Shown: one piece after another, positions 1 to 7,651 of the stretch | Layout: the number at the start of each line of letters is the position of its first letter | Position numbering within the stretch: the stretch's first letter is position 1 | NCBI GenBank assembly: GCA_965261425.1 | Contig: OZ253452.1 | Coordinates: 673,160-737,159 of the forward strand | Origin: Candidatus Spongiihabitans sp. | Lineage (GTDB): Bacteria > Pseudomonadota > Gammaproteobacteria > Arenicellales > Poriferihabitantaceae | DNA length: 64,000 nucleotides | Reading direction: 5' to 3' | The notes under the pieces: generated by a model | The model's database searches: none | What the model was told of the DNA's origin: nothing | The model's input: only the letters and a program-made list of their open reading frames with translations | Translations under genes and position numbers: made by a program

Positions 1-372
1 GCGCTGAATAGTTCCGGGCTGGACATCAAGGATTCGCCGATAAACAGTGCGCGTCTGGCTAGTTTACTCGAGCGTGTCGCTGACCACACTATTTCGGGTA
101 AAATAGCCAAACAAGTCTTTGCCCTGATTTGGGAAAGTGAAGAGACCGTTGATCAAATCATCGCCGACAAGGGACTCATGCAAATCACCGATAGCGGCGA
201 GATTGAAGCAATTGTTGACAAAATACTGTTGCAGAATACCGACCAGATTAAACAATATAAAGACGGCAATCAAAAAGTATTCGGTTTTTTTGTTGGTCAG
301 GTGATGAAACAAACCGCCGGCAAAGCGAATCCCAAAGAAGTGAATAAATTATTGCATAATAAACTCGACTAA
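1..372 (+). CDS. gatB: Asp-tRNA(Asn)/Glu-tRNA(Gln) amidotransferase subunit B, C-terminal part (5' end outside window)
   Basis: Frame 1 is open from base 1 to the stop at 370-372. The translation ...ISGKIAKQVFALIWESEETVDQIIADKGLMQITDSGEIEAIVDKIL...GFFVGQVMKQTAGKANPKEVNKLL matches the conserved GatB/YqeY tail domain. Confidence 0.85.
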   Translation, partial: ALNSSGLDIKDSPINSARLASLLERVADHTISGKIAKQVFALIWESEETVDQIIADKGLMQITDSGEIEAIVDKILLQNTDQIKQYKDGNQKVFGFFVGQVMKQTAGKANPKEVNKLLHNKLD

Positions 373-405
373 CGAGTGAAAATAAAGTAAAACGCATTAT
401 AAATT

Positions 406-482
406 GGGCCCGTAGCTCAGCTGGATAGAGTACCTGGCTTCGAACTAGGTGGTCGGGGGTTCGAATCCCTCCGGGCCCGCCA
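406..482 (+). tRNA. tRNA-Arg (anticodon UCG), encoded CCA end
   Basis: Hand-folded cloverleaf. Acceptor GGGCCCG/CGGGCCC; D arm GCTC..GAGT; anticodon stem CCTGG/CTAGG with loop CTTCGAA (TCG at positions 34-36); T arm GGGGG-TTCGAAT-CCCTC; discriminator G followed by CCA. Confidence 0.8.
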
Positions 483-491
483 TATTGTTGA

Positions 492-2510
492 TTATATTTT
501 CATCACATCGCTGTCTAAAATCTGAGCTTTTCGGATTCGGTTGATGCGGTCTCGAAGGGTGGCTGCGGCTTCAAATTCCAGATTTTTGGCGCAGGCATAC
601 ATGTCCTTTTCGAGTTTTGTGAGCAATTTTCCGAGTGCTTTGGGTGAGCGCGGATAATATTCTTCAGTCTGCTCGGCATCTAGCATGTCATTCCACGAAG
701 AATCATTTGCCGCCCCGTCTATAATGTCCTTAACCGGTTTGATGATGGATTTTGGTTCAATCTGATGTCGTATATTGTAGGCATGTTGTTTATCTCGGCG
801 GCGGTTGGTTTCTTGCACCGCTTGACGGATAGAATTGGTTTCTTTGTCGGCATATAAAATAACCCTGCCGTTGATATTTCTGGCAGCCCGACCGATGGTC
901 TGAATCAGCGAACGTGTTGAGCGCAGAAACCCTTCCTTATCGGCATCAAGGATTGCCACCAGCGAAACTTCGGGCAAGTCCAGTCCTTCCCGCAGTAAAT
1001 TGATGCCGACCAACACATCGAAGACACCCTTCCTTAAATCCCGAAGAATCTCGACCCGTTCTACGGTGTCAATATCCGAGTGTAAATAACGCACTCGGAC
1101 ATTATGTTCGTGATAATACTCGGTTAAATCTTCAGCCATGCGCTTGGTCAGGGTGGTGACCAAAACCCGTTCATTGACCGCAACCCGTTTATTGATTTCA
1201 GAAAGCAAATCATCGACCTGCGATTCGACCGGTCGTATTTCTAGTTGCGGTTCAAGTAAACCGGTCGGGCGCACGAGCTGCTCTACCACGTCCGCGCAAC
1301 GACTCGCTTCATAGTGTCCGGGGGTCGCAGAAACAAAGACCACCTGTGGCATTAAGGTTTCAAACTCATCAAATCTCAGCGGTCGATTATCCAATGCGGA
1401 TGGCAACCGAAAACCATATTCAATCAAGTTTTCTTTGCGCGAACGGTCGCCCTTATACATCGCCCCAAGCTGGGGAACGGTCGCATGACTCTCATCGATG
1501 AACAAGATGGCATTATCCGGCAGGTAATCCATCAAGGTCGGTGGCGGACTTCCAGCACTGCGCCCCGACAGATAACGCGAATAATTTTCGATGCCATTGC
1601 AATAGCCCAGCTCGCGCATCATTTCGAGGTCGTATAAAGTACGTTGCTCAAGGCGTTGCGCTTCAACCAGTTTTCCGCACTCGCGCAACTGTGCCAGCCG
1701 CTCTTGCAACTCTAGTTTGATGTCATCAAGCATCGCGAGGATGGTTTCACGCGCAGTCACATAATGACTCTTTGGATAAACCGTGACCCGATTAAGATGC
1801 TCTTCCACCTCGCCGGTCAGCGGGTCGAATTTGGAGAGTTGCTCAATTTCATCGCCAAATAACCCAATACGAATTGCCAGCCGTTCCGATTCTGCTGGAT
1901 AAACATCAATCACATCACCACGCACCCGAAAAGTGCTACGCCTCAGCTCCAAATCATTACGAATATATTGCAATTCGGCGAGTCGCCGTAATATTGCTCG
2001 CTGGTCAATCTGATCGCCCTTTTTTAAGTGCAGAATCATCTCATGGTAGGCGGTCGGATCGCCCAAACCATAAATCGCCGACACCGTCCCGACAATCACA
2101 ACATCGCGTCTTTCCAATAATGCCTTAGTCGCAGAAAGCCGCATCTGATCAATATGCTCGTTGACGGAAGCATCCTTTTCGATATAGGTATCTGAACTCG
2201 GCACATAGGCTTCGGGCTGATAATAATCGTAGTACGAGACAAAGTATTCAACCGAATTGTGCGGGAAGAAATCACGCATTTCCGAATACAGTTGGGCAGC
2301 CAGCGTTTTATTATGTGCCAAAATCAGTGCCGGACGACCAGTGGTAGCAATGATATTCGCCATGGTGAAGGTCTTGCCCGAACCGGTTACGCCCAGCAAA
2401 GTTTGAAATGATTCACCATTTTCAACGCCGTCAATCAACCCATTGATCGCCTGCGGCTGGTCGCCCGCCGGCTTAAACGCACTGACTAGCTGGTAATTTT
2501 TAGAACTCAT
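492..2510 (-). CDS. uvrB: excinuclease ABC subunit B
   Basis: 672-aa ORF. Walker [16 protein letters not shown], helicase motifs, and a C-terminal UVR domain ([15 protein letters not shown]). Confidence 0.97.
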   Translation of the reverse strand: MSSKNYQLVSAFKPAGDQPQAINGLIDGVENGESFQTLLGVTGSGKTFTMANIIATTGRPALILAHNKTLAAQLYSEMRDFFPHNSVEYFVSYYDYYQPEAYVPSSDTYIEKDASVNEHIDQMRLSATKALLERRDVVIVGTVSAIYGLGDPTAYHEMILHLKKGDQIDQRAILRRLAELQYIRNDLELRRSTFRVRGDVIDVYPAESERLAIRIGLFGDEIEQLSKFDPLTGEVEEHLNRVTVYPKSHYVTARETILAMLDDIKLELQERLAQLRECGKLVEAQRLEQRTLYDLEMMRELGYCNGIENYSRYLSGRSAGSPPPTLMDYLPDNAILFIDESHATVPQLGAMYKGDRSRKENLIEYGFRLPSALDNRPLRFDEFETLMPQVVFVSATPGHYEASRCADVVEQLVRPTGLLEPQLEIRPVESQVDDLLSEINKRVAVNERVLVTTLTKRMAEDLTEYYHEHNVRVRYLHSDIDTVERVEILRDLRKGVFDVLVGINLLREGLDLPEVSLVAILDADKEGFLRSTRSLIQTIGRAARNINGRVILYADKETNSIRQAVQETNRRRDKQHAYNIRHQIEPKSIIKPVKDIIDGAANDSSWNDMLDAEQTEEYYPRSPKALGKLLTKLEKDMYACAKNLEFEAAATLRDRINRIRKAQILDSDVMKI

Positions 2511-2595
2511 ACTATGAATAATGACGAATTACGAAAAACATGGACATGGATGGACAGGAATCAAATTGCGCTTTTTACATTTAGAGACCGCTGCA

Positions 2596-2690
2596 CTTGT
2601 GCCCTGCGGGTGCTTGTGCCCTGCGGGTGCTTGTGCCCTGCGGGTGCTTGTGCCCTGCGGGTGCTTGTGCCCTGCGGGTGCTTGTGCCCT
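2596..2690. repeat. Tandem array of the 17-nt unit CTTGTGCCCTGCGGGTG (5 full copies plus a 10-nt partial)
   Basis: Direct reading: units at 2596, 2613, 2630, 2647 and 2664, with a partial at 2681-2690. All full units are identical and nothing separates them. Confidence 0.95.
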
Positions 2691-2727
2691 GATACTGTGC
2701 AAAAATCTAATATTCGTAGCTCCGTAG

Positions 2728-2758
2728 ATTGAAAATTGAAAATTGAAAATTGAAAATT
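2728..2758. repeat. Heptamer tandem repeat (ATTGAAA) x4
   Basis: Direct reading of attgaaaattgaaaattgaaaattgaaaatt. Confidence 0.9.
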
Positions 2759-2767
2759 ATTGCCCAT

Positions 2768-2794
2768 GGCGAATTCAACCCATAAGTGCAACAC
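2768..2794 (+). mobile_element. Solo IS30-family terminal inverted-repeat remnant (27 nt)
   Basis: GGCGAATTCAACCCATAAGTGCAACAC is identical to 27535-27561, where it forms the end of an IS30 transposase fragment. Here it is followed by unrelated sequence. Confidence 0.7.
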
Positions 2795-2805
2795 TCGGGT
2801 TTATA

Positions 2806-3123
2806 TTATGATCTATTCCCATTGCGTGGGAAAATAACTCTGGGGGTTTTCCCGGTTGGCGATATTAGGGTGTGTTTTGTCGTGTCTATCTGGTTGTAAT
2901 CTATATTTTTACTTTCGGTTAGCTCGGATGTTTTAAATAAAATCACCCTGCCGTTCTTGTCAAAATTACCATCACAGGCAAAGAATAAAGCGATATGTAG
3001 GTCTTTGCTAAAATCAAGCAAGGCGGTTTTACCGCCGTAGTGTTGCAATTCGGTCAGGACTTCTATATTGAGCGCGTTGGGGCCGATGTGTTTCTTTACC
3101 TTTTCAACAATCTCCTTTTCCAC
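2806..3123 (-). pseudogene. FRG-domain protein, N-terminal fragment (truncated)
   Basis: The motif ELQHYGGKTALLDFSKDLHIALFFAC resembles the FRG-domain core. The ORF is only 105 aa and ends about 10 nt from the IS30 end remnant. Confidence 0.55.
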
Positions 3124-3191
3124 GCTGGAAACAAAAAAATGCTCGTTATCAATTAAGGGGTCATTAGCAGTGGGGTTGTCATTATTTTATT

Positions 3192-3253
3192 GGCTATATT
3201 ACTGGGTTCCCGCTTTCGCGGGAACGACAAATATTGGTTTTTTGCACAGTCTC
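3192..3253. repeat. Mosaic intergenic repeat (TTACTGGGTTCC-hairpin module plus reverse GAGACTGTGCAAAAA module)
   Basis: The same modules recur at 11377, 15026, 18005, 29368, 44734, 58951 and 63133. Confidence 0.85.
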
Positions 3254-3323
3254 TCATGTCGGTAAAATGTAATTAGGGCACCCACTGTATTCTTCATAGA
3301 CCCGATCCTTTTTATGTTTAGCG

Positions 3324-4937
3324 TTAGCGCGTAAAAACCAAGTCGGCGGGAATGGCAAAGCCGATGCCCTCTACATTCTCATCAACGAACTTAAAAGTCG
3401 TAATTCCGACCAAATTACCGTCGCTGTCAAACAAGCCGCCGCCAGATGAACCCGGGGATATGGCGGCATCGGTTTGCACAACCTGATAACCGTCTATTTT
3501 CCGCAGTTGCGAAACAAGCCCAGCGGACAAGGATAAATCTAACCCTTGCGGCGCGCCCAAACTATACACATTCTCGCCCACCCTGAGGGTCTCGTATTTT
3601 CGCATTGTTGCAGGAACACCCCATAAACCATCAACCTCCAACAAGCAAAAATCCTGCTCGGTATCGCTGTGGCGGATAACCGCCGTCAAGGGCGTTGTCG
3701 TATCGACTCGACGATTGTTGGCTTTATACACGCTAATATCGCCACCCTCATCCACCACATGGCAGTTGGTTGCCACCACATTAGGGCGCACAATCACACC
3801 GCTACCCTGGCTGTCGTTGTTCACAATCACAACCACCGACCGCCAGGATTTTTCAAAAACCTGCTCGGCAATATTGGTGCTTTTAGATGGCTCCGCCAAG
3901 GCAAAGTTGTGATCCAAGCCGGCGTTTGTAGCAGAATCTGCTTTGCCTTGTTCGATATCTTGCTCAATGGCTCGTAATCGCCGTGCCGCTTCACGGCGGG
4001 CTGATTTTATTTCTGCGGCATCCAGATGCCAGTTATTCTCACGCAAACTATTCGTCGCTAATTCATTGCCGTTTGCCTTGGCAATGGAAAACCAGATAAA
4101 TGCCTCACGCTCATCGGTAATAAATCCTTCACCATTCCAATACATCACGCCCAAATTATATTGTGCGCTCGCATCCCCCTGCTCTGCCGCCAGCCGATAC
4201 CAGCGTACTGCCTCACTAGCATCCTGAGTAACCCCTCTGCCATTAGCGTACATCAGGCCCAAATTAAATTGTGCATCCGCAACCCCCTGCTCTGCCGCCT
4301 TGCGATACCAGCGTACTGCCTCACTAGCATCCTGAGTAACCCCTTCGCCTTTCCTGTACATCCCGCCCAAATTATATTGTGCGCTCGCATCCCCCTGCTC
4401 TGCCGCCTTGCGAGTCCAGCGTACTGCCTCGCTATAATCCTGAATAACCCCTTCGCCATTAGCGTACATCAGGCCCAAACCATATTGCGCGTTCGCATAC
4501 CCCTGCTCTGCCGCCTTTTGATACCAGCGTACCGCTTCGCGCTCATCTTCGATAACCCCGTAGCCATTCCAATACGCAACGCCCAAATTATATTGTGCGC
4601 TCGCATCCCCCTGCTCTGCCGCTTTTTGATACCAGCGTACTGCCTCGCTAGCATCCTCAATAACCCCTTTGCCATTAGCGTACATCACGCCCAAATTATA
4701 TTGTGCCTCCGCATACCCCTGCTCTGCCGCCTTGCGAGTCCAGCGTACTGCCTCACTAGCATCCTGAGTAACTCCTATGCCTTCATGGTACATCACGCCC
4801 AAATTATATTGTGCATCCGCATCCCCCTGCTCTGCCGATTCGTATTGCGAACAGAAATATGTATTATCAGACGGGCATTCGGCATGGGCAGTGTTAAACA
4901 CCATAGCAATCAGCAGTATTAACAGACTTTTTTTCAT
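3324..4937 (-). CDS. Secreted Sel1-repeat protein fused to a trypsin-like (S1/HtrA-type) serine peptidase domain
   Basis: Signal peptide MKKSLLILLIAMVFNTAHA. Seven 36-aa Sel1 units (AEQGxxxAQYNLGxMYxxGxGVxQDxSEAVRWYRKA). The C-terminal domain carries the triad contexts TNCHVV, DFCLLEV and GSSGGGLF. Confidence 0.85.
   Translation of the reverse strand: MKKSLLILLIAMVFNTAHAECPSDNTYFCSQYESAEQGDADAQYNLGVMYHEGIGVTQDASEAVRWTRKAAEQGYAEAQYNLGVMYANGKGVIEDASEAVRWYQKAAEQGDASAQYNLGVAYWNGYGVIEDEREAVRWYQKAAEQGYANAQYGLGLMYANGEGVIQDYSEAVRWTRKAAEQGDASAQYNLGGMYRKGEGVTQDASEAVRWYRKAAEQGVADAQFNLGLMYANGRGVTQDASEAVRWYRLAAEQGDASAQYNLGVMYWNGEGFITDEREAFIWFSIAKANGNELATNSLRENNWHLDAAEIKSARREAARRLRAIEQDIEQGKADSATNAGLDHNFALAEPSKSTNIAEQVFEKSWRSVVVIVNNDSQGSGVIVRPNVVATNCHVVDEGGDISVYKANNRRVDTTTPLTAVIRHSDTEQDFCLLEVDGLWGVPATMRKYETLRVGENVYSLGAPQGLDLSLSAGLVSQLRKIDGYQVVQTDAAISPGSSGGGLFDSDGNLVGITTFKFVDENVEGIGFAIPADLVFTR
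4067..4840. repeat. Intragenic ~108-bp tandem DNA repeats encoding the Sel1 units
   Basis: Blocks such as gcccaaattatattgtgcgctcgcatccccctgctctgccgc recur at about 108/216-bp spacing with near identity. Confidence 0.85.
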
Positions 4938-4986
4938 GGTTTCCTCGTTATGGGCGGTAAATATGCGTTTTATTGTAACAAATATT

Positions 4987-5063
4987 TGATAATTGAAAAT
5001 TGAGAATTGAAAATGGACGGTAAATTGATAATTGATAATTGATAATTGATAATTGAAAATGAT
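4987..5063. repeat. Heptamer-periodic tandem repeats (ATTGAAA / ATTGATA variants)
   Basis: Direct reading: aattgaaaattgagaattgaaaat...aattgataattgataattgataattgataattgaaaat. Confidence 0.9.
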
Positions 5064-5160
5064 AGTTAGATTTTGAAAAGAATATTTGACTGATTTCCTG
5101 CTTCCGTGTGGTGACTACCGAAAGTGTGGCTTTGGCCGCGCCACAAACAAGCCGGACTTA

Positions 5161-5255
5161 TGTACAGGATGTACGGGCAAATAATTGCTCCTGCATTATT
5201 TGCACTTCCGCCATCCATGGCGGTCGTATGCCGATTTTGCAGGAGCAAAAATCGG
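5161..5255 (+). mobile_element. Hairpin-module miniature element, 95-nt form (45-nt core plus 50-nt module B at 5177-5226)
   Basis: Identical to the 45-nt copy at 20855-20899 except for a 50-nt block inserted between GTACGG and TATGCC. TA lies on both sides (5159-5160 and 5256-5257). Confidence 0.8.
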
Positions 5256-5429
5256 TAAAGTCCCGCTTCCGAGATTATGCGAGAATCCAACATTCGTAGC
5301 TCCGTAGGAGCGGTATCTTTCTTTTGTGTCGCTCCTACGGAGCTTTGGCTGTCTCATTTATTTGTGCTACAAAGGTGTCATCCCTACGGGATTTTACTCA
5401 ATTCTTAATTTTCAATTATCAATTAAATC

Positions 5430-5517
5430 GAGACTGTGTAAAAATCCAATATTAGTCATTCCTAACCCCCCTTGCCCCCCTTATCAGGGGGGAATTGAGT
5501 GGAAAGTCCCTCTGATA
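5430..5517. repeat. GAGACTGTG module plus the intact arm of a long palindromic repeat (CCTTGCCCCCCTTATCAGGGGGG...)
   Basis: 5463-5517 is the reverse complement of the sequence flanking the IS110 left end at 6868-6890. It contains the uninterrupted IS110 target string. Confidence 0.75.
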
Positions 5518-5607
5518 AGATACTGTGTTAAAAATCCACTTATTTTCAACTTTTTTTCGGCTCATTGTTAGAATGACTTTGCCGGCTGGGATTCCACCAC
5601 AAACGCG

Positions 5608-6602
5608 CTATCTGCAAGCATAATTGACATCAAAAGGCTGTTCTGATTTTAATACCCCATAAGATATAACCAGTAGTTTCCGCATCACCGCGCACACTGC
5701 CACTTGTTTAGGTTTGCCTTTATCAAGTAGCCTATTGTATAAATTCTGCGTGACTGGATTGTGTCGCGTTGCCGTCAGTGCTGGCATATAGAGAGACTTT
5801 CTCAGGCGTTTGTGCCCTATTTTTGACAGACTACTCTTGTTGATACTACTGCCAGACTGGGTTATCTTCGGATTCAACCCAGCAAAACTGGCCACTTGCT
5901 TGGCGTTATCAAATGACGATATATCCCCCATATAGGCGAGGATAGCCCAAGCCGTTTTGTTGCCAATCCCGCCAATGCTGGTCAATAACCGTACTTGTTG
6001 ACGCAACACAGAATCGCCTACAACCAAGTCCTTGATTTCCTGTTCAACAATCACTATTTGCCGACAGATGTACCGAATCATCGCTTTGATTGATTTGCTG
6101 GCGGTCTTATTCAAACTCACTGGCAAACGATTCTTCTCTTGGGTTGATTGTTTGTTTAACTGCTCCAAGCGCGTCATCAGGCATTGTAACGCAACACTGG
6201 CTTCGCTTTTGGGCTTGAACAGATTTTTCTCTAACTCACCTTTGGCCACAATATGTTGACAATAACGCGCAATGCTGCCAGCACTTGTGCCCTGTGGGTA
6301 TCGGATTTATCCGTTTTATTACGCAACATTTCCATCTTGACAAACGCATGGGTTCTCATTGGGTTCGCCACAATCACCTGGTCGCCTGAGCGATGTAAAT
6401 AATACGCCAAAGCAACCCCATAAACGCTGGTGGCTTCCATACAAAACACCCGCTCTTGCGCTGCGTCCAATGATTTTAGCCATTTGGACAAGGCTTTGAA
6501 GCCTTTATGATCATTAGCAAAAGACGGGTTGTGGTCAACACCCTCAACGCACACAGCACCATCAAAACGTGCTTTAGATATATCAATACCGATACATAAC
6601 AT
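5608..6602 (-). pseudogene. IS110-family DEDD recombinase/transposase split by a 17-nt insertion
   Basis: The N-terminal ORF (MLCIGIDISKARFD...RNKTDKSD) and the C-terminal ORF (...LLTSIGGIGNKTAWAILAYMGD..FAGLNP, Transposase_20-like) are in different frames. Deleting 6283-6299 fuses them into about 325 codons. Confidence 0.9.
6283..6299. repeat. 17-nt cassette ACTTGTGCCCTGTGGGT (equivalently CTTGTGCCCTGTGGGTA at 6284-6300) inserted in the IS110 transposase gene
   Basis: It matches the tandem unit at 2596-2690 and the copies at 44113 and 44282. Removing it gives ...KTDKSD|AGSIARYCQ... in frame. Confidence 0.85.
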
Positions 6603-6867
6603 AACATTCTCCGGTTATAATTGTAGATAGGTTGGATCATTTAACTTCGGTGCATCCTCGTACTATTCGTGCTCAGATTTTTGGTCTTGCACCAGATACT
6701 GTCCGCACTTGATGAAGTTAAAGCGGGTAGTAGGTGCGATACCTTGTCAACAAGTTTAAAAACTTACTGGGGGCTACTGCATCACTACTACCCATCCAAC
6801 CGCCGTTGGATAGGGTCCATTAAAAACCACTAAACGAGTTGATAATTTACCCGATTGGGATCATACG
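6603..6867 (-). ncRNA. Putative IS110 guide (bridge-type) RNA region in the non-coding left end
   Basis: A 265-nt non-coding segment lies upstream of the recombinase, as in IS110-subgroup elements. A long-range stem (6725-6736 paired with 6783-6793) encloses a hairpin and loops. This call comes from the family architecture, not from a covariance model. Confidence 0.35.
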
Positions 6868-6888
6868 AGGGGGGCAAGGGGGTTGGGT

Positions 6889-6915
6889 TTTCAATTCTCA
6901 ATTCTCAATTCTCAA
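6889..6915. repeat. Heptamer tandem repeat (TTCTCAA) x3, overlapping the cobS stop codon
   Basis: Direct reading: ttcaattctcaattctcaattctcaa. Confidence 0.85.
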
Positions 6916-7640
6916 CTTGCAACAACCAATCCAAGCAACACAAAAGTTTCGGTGGTTTCGACTAGCGCACCGTAAATATCACCAGTCGTACCATGAAGTG
7001 GCTTTATAAAATAGAGATAAATAGCTGAAAACGCTATCGTACTTGCAATGACGGCAACCATAAACGCCGATAGCGAGAGCATCCCAAGCACGACCGATAA
7101 AAGCAGTGCCGATATGCCAATCGCCTTGTGTGATAAGCCGGTTTGCAACCCAGCACCACTGCCATTATGACGGATATAGGGGATGGTGCAAATAACCAGA
7201 CTCAAAACGATACGCGCCGCCACCGGTGCGAATACCAACCACATCCAATGCCCCTGTTGCAACAAGATGGACAGGGCGGCAAACTTTGCCAGCAATACCA
7301 ACACCACGACCACAATCGCGCCGACCCCGCAGGCGGTATCTTTCATAATCTCCAGCATGCGCTCCGGCGTATGTCCGCCCATCCAAGCATCGCCACAATC
7401 TGCTAAGCCATCTAAATGCAGTGCGCCGGTTATGCCGCTCCAGACGCTCAACAGGATAATCGCAGTGATGGCTGGGGACAGCCAATGCCCCAAACCCCAA
7501 GCAATCGTGGCAAGAATAACCCCGATAAGCATCCCCACCGGCGCATACCAGCACACCGCATCGCCAGATAAACCCGATTGCCGTTTTTTGCCAAGCGGCA
7601 ATCGGGTCAAGAATTGAATGGCATACAGGAATGAATTCAT
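6912..7640 (-). CDS. cobS: adenosylcobinamide-GDP ribazoletransferase (cobalamin synthase)
   Basis: 242-aa polytopic membrane ORF. N-terminal FLTRLPLG and the HLDGLADCGDA motif are typical of CobS. Confidence 0.9.
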   Translation of the reverse strand: MNSFLYAIQFLTRLPLGKKRQSGLSGDAVCWYAPVGMLIGVILATIAWGLGHWLSPAITAIILLSVWSGITGALHLDGLADCGDAWMGGHTPERMLEIMKDTACGVGAIVVVVLVLLAKFAALSILLQQGHWMWLVFAPVAARIVLSLVICTIPYIRHNGSGAGLQTGLSHKAIGISALLLSVVLGMLSLSAFMVAVIASTIAFSAIYLYFIKPLHGTTGDIYGALVETTETFVLLGLVVAS

Positions 7641-7651
7641 CGCTAACGGTA

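Larger units (their letters stand above)
5518..6869 (-). mobile_element. IS110-family insertion sequence (IS110 subgroup layout: long non-coding left end, short right end)
   Basis: Boundaries come from comparing the interrupted palindrome arm (…TTGCCCCCCT|CGTATGATCC at 6867/6868 and …CACAGTATCT|TATCAGAGGG at about 5518) with the intact arm at 5470-5487. A second copy of the left end lies at 29486-29909. Confidence 0.8.

Noticed and set aside
2596-2690. Possible CRISPR array
   Set aside because: The 17-nt units are directly adjacent with no spacers and are far shorter than CRISPR repeats. No cas genes are in the window. This is a simple tandem repeat.
2691-2727. LexA/SOS box in the uvrB upstream region (CTGT-containing module GATACTGTGCAAAAATC)
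   Set aside because: The CTGT is not followed by ACAG at the required 8-nt spacing. The string belongs to the dispersed GAGACTGTGCAAAAA repeat module found at many unrelated loci.
4161-4922. 253-aa plus-strand ORF antisense to the Sel1-protease gene
   Set aside because: It is a repetitive, low-complexity translation of the reverse strand of the Sel1 repeats (…IPLLCRLxIPAYCL…). The minus-strand ORF has a signal peptide, canonical Sel1 units and a protease domain.
6283-6299. 17-nt cassette as a programmed recoding signal (translational bypass or -1 frameshift rescuing the IS110 transposase)
   Set aside because: A -1 slip within the insert would restore the frame (17 + 1 = 18 nt). However, I see no slippery heptamer in the cassette, and no matching take-off and landing codons for hopping. 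It cannot be excluded experimentally, but nothing in the sequence supports it.
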